Both the position numbers and the translations under genes were made by a program. Positions 40,522 to 49,681 of a stretch of DNA of 60,645 bases are shown one piece after another (position 1 is the first letter of the stretch; the number at the start of each line of letters is the position of its first letter). Below the pieces are notes generated by a model. That model searched no databases. It saw only the letters and a program-made list of their open reading frames with translations, and was not told where the DNA came from. Source of the DNA: Mariniblastus sp. (lineage in GTDB: Bacteria > Planctomycetota > Planctomycetia > Pirellulales > Pirellulaceae); the NCBI GenBank assembly GCA_047639375.1, contig JBLINZ010000001.1, positions 1 to 60,645 on the forward strand. The letters run 5' to 3'.

Positions 40522-42747
40522 TTAACGAGCCAACAACTTTGCCTTCAGAAATTCCTCCGACGTCGCGTACTCTGGAGATTCCGAAACACCCTTGATAAGG
40601 AGATGGCATTCGTGTCCCTCCTGATCTGCTTTTTCCTTCATCTTCACACCATAGACAGGATGATGTATCCCGTGCCCGGCATTTTCGGACGGGAGCTTCA
40701 TGTTATTCCCATACGACATGAACAGCGGAGGGTCCGTGCCGTCAAGGTGATTGTACGGCGAGAACTCCACGAAGAGTCCACGATGTTTTTCGTAATTTTT
40801 GATCGCACCTTCGATCGTCTGCTCGCCGACGGCCATATTGATCATGTTGTGTTTTAGTACGTTTGGCCCCAGCCAGCCCTCGATGACTTTCGGATCGATC
40901 GACGTTTGACCTCCGGCGACCGCAGCTGCGCAAACGCGAGTCGACTCACGAAGTACGGAGTCATCAGAGCTTGGATCTGCCAGGTCATCGTGCAACAGAA
41001 TCCACATTGATGTGCAAGCACCGGCGCTACCGCCAGTCAGTGCAATTCGATTTTTATCGATGTTCCACTCGACAGCCTTCGATCGAATAAATTGAATGGA
41101 GCGAGCCGCATCATGAACTGGAGCAGGAAGCGATGCCTCGCCCGTCAGGCGATAGTTGATGGCGGCGAAGGAAATTCCTTCGTCGAGATAAGGCTGCACT
41201 TGTTTTTGGTTGCGTTTCTTGTCACCGCCCATCCAACCGCCGCCATGGATGTAAACCAACAACGGTCGCGGCCCATCACCTTCCGCTTTCCAAAAATCCA
41301 CCACATTCGAGGCGTGCGGCCCATAAGAAACATTGGCATGGGTTGGCAAAAATTGTTTCGGCGCGGCCTTGGCGGCAGGAATCGCGACTTCTTCTCCCGT
41401 TCCTCCTGTCCAGTTATTGGTCTGGAAGGGCGAAGCGGGCAATCCTTCACTGTTGATGAGATTAGGATTGGCAACTTTGTGCCACCCGAATCGGACGTGA
41501 ACGGGTTCCTTTACCTGGTCAGAATAAACAACGACTGTTTTTCCATCGATCTCGGCTTTGGCCTCAACGAATTCGCCATCGGAACCCGCAATCTGAAACT
41601 CGGTCAGCGGTTTGTCATCGCGAGTCTTGAGCGATTCACCAACATGGGCGAATTGCAAACGGATACGGTCACCCTCGACTTTCAGCGATTTGAAAAGTGG
41701 ACCTGAATAAACAACATCCTCATGCTTGTACGATTTCGCGAGCGCCCACAATGCCAAGCGATTGCCAACGTCGACCTTGTTGCGCGGGTGAATGTCGCCG
41801 ATGTTGTCAACGAGATCAGTGGTAACTGCCATGCCAGTTCCTGGAGTCTTTAACGTTGCGACTTGAGCTTCCCATAAGGCTGGCAGTTGTCCCGGCTCGT
41901 AGCGTCCGGACCAAGGAGCGATTTGGACAAAGTAGAACGCTAGATCTTGCCCCCATGACTCACGCCAGCCATCAATCAAGTCTTTCATCTTTTTGTGATA
42001 TGCCAGTCCGTTTTTATTGATAACGTTGGTTTCCCCCTGGTACCAAATCGTGCCTCGGATAGCGAATGGTTGCAGTGGCGCGATCATGCCGTTGTACATT
42101 CCACCCGATTTTCCATCCGCGATCGTCCATGGTTCGATTGGCGAACCACCCCACGAGCTGTTAATCAAGCCGATGGGCACATCGACTTCCTGATGGAGCT
42201 TCAATCCGTAGTAATAAAGTACCGCCGAGAAATTCGGGACTGTTTCCGGCGTGCAAGCTTTCCACTTCGCATCGACATCAGTTGCGGGAACTTTCGACTG
42301 GGTTTTGGGGACGTGCAACAATCGAATCTGAGGATGTGTGGCGGCAGCGATCGCTTCCTTCGACGCGTTCGTATTCTTGAGCTGCCACTCCATGTTCGAC
42401 TGCCCGGAGCCGACCCAAACGTCGCCTATCAAAATGTCCTCGAGTACGATCGTGTTCTTTCCCTTGACGGTCATCGAGTAAGTCTTGCCATCCGCTTTCA
42501 TCGCAGGCAGCTTGACTTTCCAATTGCCTTTTTCATCCGCGGCAGCCTTCATGGAGTTTTCACCCAGCGTCACCGTGACTTCTTCATCAGCATCAGCCCA
42601 CCCCCATACTTGCACCGGCATTTCTCGCTGCAACACCATATGGCTATCGAGGACGGCTGGAAGCCTGACATCAGCCAGCGAGTTCGTCGCGGCCGAAACC
42701 AAAAACAGAAATAAAGCAACTCGCATTGATCGGTAAAACGTAAACAT
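40522..42747 (-). CDS. secreted sialate O-acetylesterase (SASA) fused to an alpha/beta-hydrolase esterase
   Basis: GDVWVGSGQSNME, WYQGE, DIHPRNK; then IHGGGW and GGSAG; start could also be 42726 or 42780. Confidence 0.9.
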   Translation of the reverse strand: MFTFYRSMRVALFLFLVSAATNSLADVRLPAVLDSHMVLQREMPVQVWGWADADEEVTVTLGENSMKAAADEKGNWKVKLPAMKADGKTYSMTVKGKNTIVLEDILIGDVWVGSGQSNMEWQLKNTNASKEAIAAATHPQIRLLHVPKTQSKVPATDVDAKWKACTPETVPNFSAVLYYYGLKLHQEVDVPIGLINSSWGGSPIEPWTIADGKSGGMYNGMIAPLQPFAIRGTIWYQGETNVINKNGLAYHKKMKDLIDGWRESWGQDLAFYFVQIAPWSGRYEPGQLPALWEAQVATLKTPGTGMAVTTDLVDNIGDIHPRNKVDVGNRLALWALAKSYKHEDVVYSGPLFKSLKVEGDRIRLQFAHVGESLKTRDDKPLTEFQIAGSDGEFVEAKAEIDGKTVVVYSDQVKEPVHVRFGWHKVANPNLINSEGLPASPFQTNNWTGGTGEEVAIPAAKAAPKQFLPTHANVSYGPHASNVVDFWKAEGDGPRPLLVYIHGGGWMGGDKKRNQKQVQPYLDEGISFAAINYRLTGEASLPAPVHDAARSIQFIRSKAVEWNIDKNRIALTGGSAGACTSMWILLHDDLADPSSDDSVLRESTRVCAAAVAGGQTSIDPKVIEGWLGPNVLKHNMINMAVGEQTIEGAIKNYEKHRGLFVEFSPYNHLDGTDPPLFMSYGNNMKLPSENAGHGIHHPVYGVKMKEKADQEGHECHLLIKGVSESPEYATSEEFLKAKLLAR

Positions 42748-43083
42748 GAATGCAACTTCCCGGGACAGTGTATGGTTCAACGTTGGAGATCATTGTAACC
42801 CGGTCGCTACCAACAAGTAGTCAGCTGAACCTTGAAAAGTCTGGTGATCCTCAGGGGCTTAAGATTTTAATGCGGTCCTTTAGCGGCGGACTGGAACCGA
42901 TGGTTCATTTCTATGATTTCCCCACAGTCCAGCATCCAATTGCCAGTCCCGCACGAGCAACGCGAGATCGATTCGGCGGCAAAAGCTTGCGTCCAAACGT
43001 TTGACAACCGCTCAAATTACGGCCATTCTTCTACAACGTTGTGGATAACATTTCTATCAGTGAGCCTCAACAGGAGCCTGATC

Positions 43084-44562
43084 GTGGAGCAGACGCATTT
43101 ATTGAGTGAAAAAAATGGGGAACGGGCCACGGTCGCGGTCATCACGGTGGGCGGGCTAATACTCGGAGCCATTTTTGGTGCTATTTTCCTGGCCATGCTG
43201 TACAGGTTCGCGTCGAGTTTCTTGAATTGGCCAGCCAACCCACCCCACTTGCACTGGTATTCCGCCTTGGTCGGTGCCGGCGTCGGCGGAGTACAGGCGT
43301 TTACGAAAAGCATCACGAAAATGCGTCGTAAGCGAGCAACGCGTGCTGTTGCTGACGAACTCGGCCTTGAGTACGCGACCGATGTCACTCATGAACTCGA
43401 AGATGAACTCGACAATTTGTTTGGTGGTAACAATTCAGTTACGCTTACGAATGCCGTCCACCGCACTGTGGATTCCGCTCGGCTTATCATCGCCGACATG
43501 CGATATCATGAGGGAGGAACTTCCGACTCGAACTCGAATGCTTCGAATCAGACGGTCGCTTATTTTAGCTCGGACCAGCTGCAGTTCCCAAGCTTCGAAT
43601 TGAGGCCGGAAAGAAAATTGCTAACCTTTTTCAGTAATATCACCGGCATCAAGGACATTGATTTCGACGACTACCCTGAATTCTCGAAACAGTATCACTT
43701 GTTCGGCTGGAACACGCAGCCAGTCCGCGCTCTATTTGACGATGACTTGTTGCGGCATTTCACAGGGAATCCTGGTTGGCATCTGAATGCAGCCAACAAC
43801 TCGCTCGCCATGTTCCGACCAGGCACGCAAATCGACCCATCGGGTTTTGATGAGTTTATCCAGGAAGCCATGGAAACGTTTTCTCTGTTCATGGCCGCTT
43901 CCTACGCTGCGCAAGATGCTGACGATGCAGCACTCGAGAGTGAGCCACTATCTCAAGCTGATAAAATTGAGGCATTGCCGAGCCTGTTGGGTAAAATGAT
44001 CCAATCGATACTGGTCTCGCCAGTCGAACTGAAACAATTCCTGGCCGCCCCCACGCCTCGCAGAATACCGAAGAATATCTTGCGACAGCGAATGGGTGAA
44101 GGCTCGCTGATCTTGGCGGTGTTCGGGTGCGTTTTTCTCGCCGCCGGCATCGTCTTGCCCTGCATCGCTCTCTTGGGCATGACAGGGCCCCTACTTGGAG
44201 ACCGGATTATGGTGATGGGAATGGGAGCCATGTTTCTCATGCTCGGATCGTTGACAGCTTTTTTTGCGATTCGTTACCGCCACCGCAACTATCGACTTTT
44301 GCGACATGGGATCGTGGCCGAGGGCAAGATCGAAGCCGTGGAACGCACCGACACATCCATCAACAACCAACGCCAATACCGGCTCAAAGTCCGATTTCCT
44401 GACGGGCTTGATGAACGCACAAGTACGTGCAACATCTACGGAGAAGTCGCCCAGGAAGCAATCAGACTACACCGAGAGGATCAACCGGTACGCGTGTTGT
44501 ACGATCGAAAGGCCCCGCAACGATTTCTCTGGGCCGACTCCTTTGCCATCGCAAAGCTCTGA
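43084..44562 (+). CDS. membrane protein with C-terminal DUF3592-like domain
   Basis: TM pairs; FELRPE/DIDFDDYPEFSKQY domain; LRHGIVAEGKI..VRVLYD; start uncertain (frame open from 42913). Confidence 0.75.
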   Translation: MEQTHLLSEKNGERATVAVITVGGLILGAIFGAIFLAMLYRFASSFLNWPANPPHLHWYSALVGAGVGGVQAFTKSITKMRRKRATRAVADELGLEYATDVTHELEDELDNLFGGNNSVTLTNAVHRTVDSARLIIADMRYHEGGTSDSNSNASNQTVAYFSSDQLQFPSFELRPERKLLTFFSNITGIKDIDFDDYPEFSKQYHLFGWNTQPVRALFDDDLLRHFTGNPGWHLNAANNSLAMFRPGTQIDPSGFDEFIQEAMETFSLFMAASYAAQDADDAALESEPLSQADKIEALPSLLGKMIQSILVSPVELKQFLAAPTPRRIPKNILRQRMGEGSLILAVFGCVFLAAGIVLPCIALLGMTGPLLGDRIMVMGMGAMFLMLGSLTAFFAIRYRHRNYRLLRHGIVAEGKIEAVERTDTSINNQRQYRLKVRFPDGLDERTSTCNIYGEVAQEAIRLHREDQPVRVLYDRKAPQRFLWADSFAIAKL

Positions 44563-44737
44563 TTTAGGGTTTCGGGAAATTGTGCTTTGTCAGCCTGGAA
44601 TCTTGGCGTAAATGATGTTCAGCAAAACCCAAAGCGTCCTATCAGTCTGTCATTCCCCCCAAAACCATCCGCAAGATCAGGAGAGAGAAATTCACGTTTT
44701 GAAATTTGAATCGTTTAATTGGTTCTGTTAAAATCAC

Positions 44738-44952
44738 CAAGGAAAGAAAGCGGTCCTTGTGGATGTCGGCAAAAAGCAAGCCTGGCACGCGGGGCATCTC
44801 GAGGGTGCAAAGCTAGTTCGTGGAGCAAGATCCGTTTCGCACCGACGCGTACAACGGCTACGGGATTGCCCGATGATGAGATTATCGTTTACTGTTACCA
44901 AAGATCGCGTATTCGCGACCAAAAGGCTGCCAAAAATCCACCGTCGCTTTGA
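44738..44952 (+). pseudogene. rhodanese-domain remnant (frameshifted)
   Basis: AVLVDVGKKQAWHAGHLEGAKLV in one frame, then GLPDDEIIVYCYQRSRIRDQKAA in another, matching the rhodanese DVR..EW..GH..GA and active-loop segments. Confidence 0.55.
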
Positions 44953-45098
44953 GATAATTTGCGGCCGATCAAAGCCAGCTGGAAAACACTGCTGCAAAAC
45001 GGTTTTGAAAAAGCAGACGATGAAAGATCCAAAAAAATAGATCCACAAGTCGAGTTTCCCATTGGGCCTAACACACATTTTCAGTTGAGAGTATTGAG

Positions 45099-46265
45099 AT
45101 GCATCGCCGATTCAATGTTTACAGTTTTATCTTGATTTTCATCGTCGCCAACACAGGTGTGCAAGCTTCGAAAGCAAGCGATGAATTGAATGAAGCGAAA
45201 TTTCAGGAACTTCATCAATCGTTGCAAACGTCAGCCGATGAGCCTTGGCGGCAAATTCCATGGAAGATTTCGCTGTTGGACGCTCAGAACATCGCAGCTA
45301 AATCAGAGAAGCCTATTTTCATTTGGGCGATGGACGGCCACCCGCTCGGATGTACGTGAAACAATGGTGTGCTCGACCGTGAGTCGACCTTCGCAGATTC
45401 CGAAATCATCAAGACATTACAAACAAAATTCGTATCAGTCGCGATCGATCAAGCCTATCAGCGTCGCCAGCAAGATACGGAGGGCGATTTCTATCGAGGT
45501 ATTGCCAAGGATAGCCCGCGAGGTGACGGGGCGAACGGTGGCACGACACAGGGGCTCTACATCGCGACCCCCAGTGGGAAATACCTGGGATACACCAACC
45601 ATCGTAGTCCTGACCGAGTCAAGAAATTTATCGCGGAAGCGCTCGCTAAATTTAAGCCGAGCAGCAGTGAATCGGTAAAGTCCGAAAAAATTGATCGTCG
45701 GTACCACCCGAATCTGCCAAAAGGTGGTTTGATGATTCGTGTTCAGGCCAAGGTTCTTGGTGGATACGCACCCTCGGATGACAAGTGGCAAAAGATTTTT
45801 CATTCTGCGCTTTCTCGGGACAATCTGTGGATGACTCAAAAAGAACATCAGTCGGTCGCGAATGGAGTCATCCCAGCAATTGTACAACGTCGAATCGCTC
45901 GATTTCATTTGGTTGATAACACCCGAGGCGAGCCGCCGATGTGGAGTGATCAAGAAATCAAATCCATCAACATGAAAATCGAAAATGGGAAACTGACGGG
46001 TGACGCTTTACTTTCCACGCAGGATGGCTCAAGAACGTTTGATTGTAAGTTCTACGGCTATGTGGAGACGTCCCATGGCAAAGTCACTCGATTTGACGTG
46101 GTGGCAATGGGCCAATTCCTGGGAGAAGGACGATACACCAAGAATGCTCCCCAAGGAGAGTTTCCACTGGGTATTTCATTTACCTTGGCTGACGGCACCG
46201 ATGTCGCTGACCCTATTCCCCCCCAAGCATCCCGCGGTTGGTTGGATGGTTATCTGAAAAATTGA
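45099..46265 (+). CDS. putative secreted selenoprotein, thioredoxin-like fold with CxU motif (Sec at TGA 45357-45359), SelN-like
   Basis: ORFs 45099 and 45369 share a frame; the joined 388-aa product reads IFIWAMDGHPLGCT-U-NNGVLDRESTFADSEIIKTLQTKFVSVAID; signal peptide; SECIS-like hairpin follows the TGA. Confidence 0.75.
45360..45389 (+). promoter_or_regulatory. putative bacterial SECIS element
   Basis: stem TCGAC(45373-77)/GTCGA(45383-87), loop CGTGA with GU, 18 nt between UGA and loop, lower pairs GG(45366-67)/CC(45388-89). Confidence 0.6.
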
Positions 46266-46815
46266 GAACTTCAATTGCAGCTGTGTCAAAAATACCATCA
46301 GTCAAAGCCTCTCCGGTTGGCCAGATTGAAATCCAGTCTGATTTTGCACTATGTGCGGCACTAGAATCCGACCCGGGGCGAGCTCTCACAAGAACGCTCT
46401 GTCTCGGTAGCTGCCAATTTCGAGTGTCATTTCTCATTGGTCTCCGCGTCTGGGACACTTGGCAAAGGCTTCCATGGACCTTCCCCCCAATGAGACATCA
46501 ACTCTCAACACCTCGGTTAATACCGAGGCGATATTGAACAATCGTGCCTGCGGGGCACATGAAAGCCCTGTAGCTCGATGGTATTTTGCTATGAGATGGG
46601 TTGAAGTGGTAATTTGGTTTGAGCTTCAAAACCGCCGTTGCGGATAGCCTAATTGGATTTTTCGTATTCCCCGCCACGATTCCAGGCTTGACAAAATCAA
46701 CGGAGATCCTGGTGCTGCGAAGTCGATGTCCGTGCTAAAGTAAGGGTGACGGTTAACGTCAGTCAAGCTGGCTGGTGATGACCTGACACCAAACTAGTTC
46801 TTGAAAGGAACAACG

Positions 46816-47034
46816 ATGGCTAAGAAGAAACTCAAGCGACGTAAACCCAAACCGCAACCTGAGCCTGAAGCTAAGAAAGAATCAGACCCGCTGGTGAGTA
46901 AGGCGAAGGTAGCCCGATTGCATCAGGAGAACGAAAAGTGGTTTCCAGCGTCCGAGTCGGTCGCCCCCTCGGTAGAGTTTAAAAAGATCAAGGGACGTTT
47001 GACGCAAACTAAAAGAGCGAGTCGCGGCAGTTGA
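46816..47034 (+). CDS. small basic hypothetical protein
   Basis: AAAGGA RBS; MAKKKLKRRKPKP.. Lys/Arg-rich, 72 aa. Confidence 0.55.
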   Translation: MAKKKLKRRKPKPQPEPEAKKESDPLVSKAKVARLHQENEKWFPASESVAPSVEFKKIKGRLTQTKRASRGS

Positions 47035-47537
47035 AAGTTAAGCAAATTTGGACTCTTGACCGTAGTGACAGATTTTGTCGATGTCGAATTGATTGAAAAA
47101 ACACGTCTCATTGCCAGCCGGCACGTTCACGCAAGAAGCGGTTCGTGATGGTGCTCCGCCAATCGAGTTAGTTGACGGCAACCATCATTATTGATTACCG
47201 CGATATCTATGTGCCACTCTTCCGGCACACCGCAGCAATTGCCAGGCAGGAAACTAGTCGCCAGATTTGATAATAACGAAAACGCGATTTTGAGCGAATT
47301 GCCCCCCCTTATTCATCGACACCGTATTAAGCGACGGAACGCACACCTGCGCATAAAATGCGAGCGTGGCGATTAGGGGGTCGCTATAATCGAGAACAGT
47401 CATACTTACCCGAACACCGTTGAGCTTCGCTTTGGCCGCTCATTCCAATCCGTCCGCCGACGGAGCATGGGCCTGTTGGAAATGAAACTTGACATGGATT
47501 GGTGGCTTACAATCGAAAGTCGCCGCAAAGGAAGAAA

Positions 47538-48002
47538 ATGAATCAAACATCAAAACCACGGGTTCCTGCCTGGTACTGGGCGATCGCTGCTGTAGCGTTA
47601 CTGTGGAACCTACTAGGATGTGCCGCCTTCGGAACTGAGATTTTCGCCCAGGAAGCAATGATGGAAACCTGGACGGAGGAACAAAAGGAGTGGGCTCGAT
47701 CCATTCCAGGCTGGATTTATTTCGTCTACGGCGTGGCTGTGACAACCGGTGTGGCGGGAAGCATTGGCCTGTTCATGCGAAACGGCTGGACCGTCGCGCT
47801 GTTCGCAATCTGCCTTGCGACGGTGATCGTCCAAATGCTCTACACCATGATCATTGGCGGCGGAATGCAAGTCATGGGACCATCGAGCCTAGTCATGCCC
47901 TCGATGGTCATCATCTTCGCAGCGTCATTGCTGTGGTTCTCGTGGTTCGCCAAGAGCCGGAGCTGGCTTGGACCGGTTAATCCGACAATGGAGCATGAAT
48001 AA
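47538..48002 (+). CDS. 4-TM membrane protein (PAWYW..ALLWNLLG family)
   Basis: AAAGGA RBS; four hydrophobic helices; conserved-looking WN..G and R.WL motifs. Confidence 0.8.
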   Translation: MNQTSKPRVPAWYWAIAAVALLWNLLGCAAFGTEIFAQEAMMETWTEEQKEWARSIPGWIYFVYGVAVTTGVAGSIGLFMRNGWTVALFAICLATVIVQMLYTMIIGGGMQVMGPSSLVMPSMVIIFAASLLWFSWFAKSRSWLGPVNPTMEHE

Positions 48003-48573
48003 CGCGGTGGTCGTTGGGAAATGCTAGACCACGTTTTCTTGAGCACGGAGTTCGCATCGACTCGCCGCGCAATGGCGAGTCGCACCAAGTCAAAAAACAT
48101 TCGACCGCTGGCACTCCTTGGCGACGCCTTGCTTCTGACCCAATCAGTGACATCGAGGGCTAACCGGACGTCCCGTGACGAATGACAGAGAAGGCCAAAG
48201 CCCGGCTATTCCCAATAGCGCAGTAACGATCAATTTCGCGGGCACGTGCTTGGTCCCGTCGCGCCATGCGATGCTAAAAAAAACGTGTTGATGATTCATC
48301 TCAAATTTCTTTCGTTCCATTTTCGTAAAGCTCAGTCAAACCAAAGACCAACGTTTGGCAATCACAAACTGTGTCTATCAACCAGTTTACTATTGGATCA
48401 ATCAAGATTGCATTCCTTCATCGACACCTCATCCTGACAGTGAAAAAAAATTTCACTTTCAATTGGCAAACCGTCTGATAGCCTCAAACACTTATAAACG
48501 GTGCGGGCTAGGGGAGCTATACAGAGTCGTCAATCGGCGGCGAGACACGGTCAATGGGTAGCAGCCGATCTCG

Positions 48574-49058
48574 TGGTCTGCCGCCATTTTCTGTACCAGG
48601 GGTTATGAGAGTACGGGTTGGCTAAGACATGCTTCTTTTTTCCGGCAGTGTTCCGTTGAAGGAACGTTTGCGACTGAGACGGAACACTGCCGGGCGAACT
48701 CCGCGGGGGTCATGTAATCGAGTGAGCAGTGAGGCCGCTCGTTGTTGTAGTTGGCACGATGGATATCGGTTTGCGTCTTGGCCGCCGTCAAGTTTTTTTA
48801 ATCGTTTGGCCGCGCTGGCTTTCATCCCGCCGTATTGTTTCGGCCAGCGATGGTAAGTCGCCTCGCTCACTCCAAGAGACTGAAGCACTGCCGCCAGTTC
48901 CTGGCCAGCGTTGAGCATCGCCCCAGCATCGCGAAGCTTATTCACGATTTGTTCCGGTGTATGCCGCTTTCGTTTCTTCTTCGTCATCAAAATCTCCTTG
49001 CCATCATTGGCTCATGAGACTCTCAAAACACATGAAACAGGTTTAGGGGAGCACGCCA
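48574..49058 (-). mobile_element. internally deleted IS3-family element (485 bp) with both terminal inverted repeats
   Basis: ends TGGCGTGCTCCCC..CTGTTTCA and TGGTCTGCCGCC..CTGTACCA; OrfA N-terminus (KRHTPEQIVNKLR..GVSEATYHRW..YGGM) joined to the OrfB tail (YNNERPHCSLDYMTPAEF); DDE core missing. Confidence 0.88.
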
Positions 49059-49199
49059 CCCAGCCATCTCTAAAAACTTGACGGCGGATTGAGTAGCCAA
49101 TAAAATCAAGTGAAGCACCATGGCGTTGGACAAACGCCGAGACGCCTTTACGTTGGGCCCTTGAATCAACCGCCTACCTAAGAAGTCGAATTCCGCGCT

Positions 49200-49448
49200 A
49201 TGCCAAGCGACCGAGAAAACGAAAACGGAGGAATCCTCCGCTCCCTACTTCAGATCCATAAAACGCTGACCAGAATCGAATTCGTCATCGTCCCAATCAT
49301 CGTGGCCGTTGGTGTTGCCGCTGGATTCTACCATCCTATCGTTGGTTTCGGCACCGTTGGAATTTTGGCGTTTTTTGCGTGGATCTACTTCGACGCAAAG
49401 AAGCATTTAAGTATGCGAAATCCTGAGAATCCTGACGACGGTGAATGA
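49200..49448 (+). CDS. small 2-TM hypothetical protein
   Basis: 82 aa, two hydrophobic helices. Confidence 0.6.
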   Translation: MPSDRENENGGILRSLLQIHKTLTRIEFVIVPIIVAVGVAAGFYHPIVGFGTVGILAFFAWIYFDAKKHLSMRNPENPDDGE

Positions 49449-49455
49449 CAAACCC

Positions 49456-49655
49456 GGGAAGCGTCCCCAAGATTGTTAAAGGTTGAAAAGCGGTCTCCCG
49501 AAGGCGACAATGTCGCCCTTCGAGATATTCAACTTTGACGTCGGGTGCAACCGACGGGGAGACCTCCATGGACCGTAATCTTTATCAAACGCTCGGACAA
49601 GTTTCTTCTGAGAAAGTGGGGCAAATCTTTCGTGAACCCATCCGCGGCTGCTTCC
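49456..49655 (+). mobile_element. possible 5' fragment of an IS256-family element
   Basis: GGGAAGCGTCCCCAAGATTGTT end-like sequence; GGAG RBS and ATG 49568 MDRNLYQTLGQVSSEKVGQIFREPIRG, which resembles planctomycete IS256 transposase N-termini as I recall them; truncated. Confidence 0.35.
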
Positions 49656-49681
49656 GTTTTCAAAAAGTGCCCCAAAGGCAG

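Noticed and set aside
46300-49450. Small co-oriented ORFs as integron cassettes
   Set aside because: No repeated attC-like sites with RYYYAAC/GTTRRRY ends and no integrase were seen
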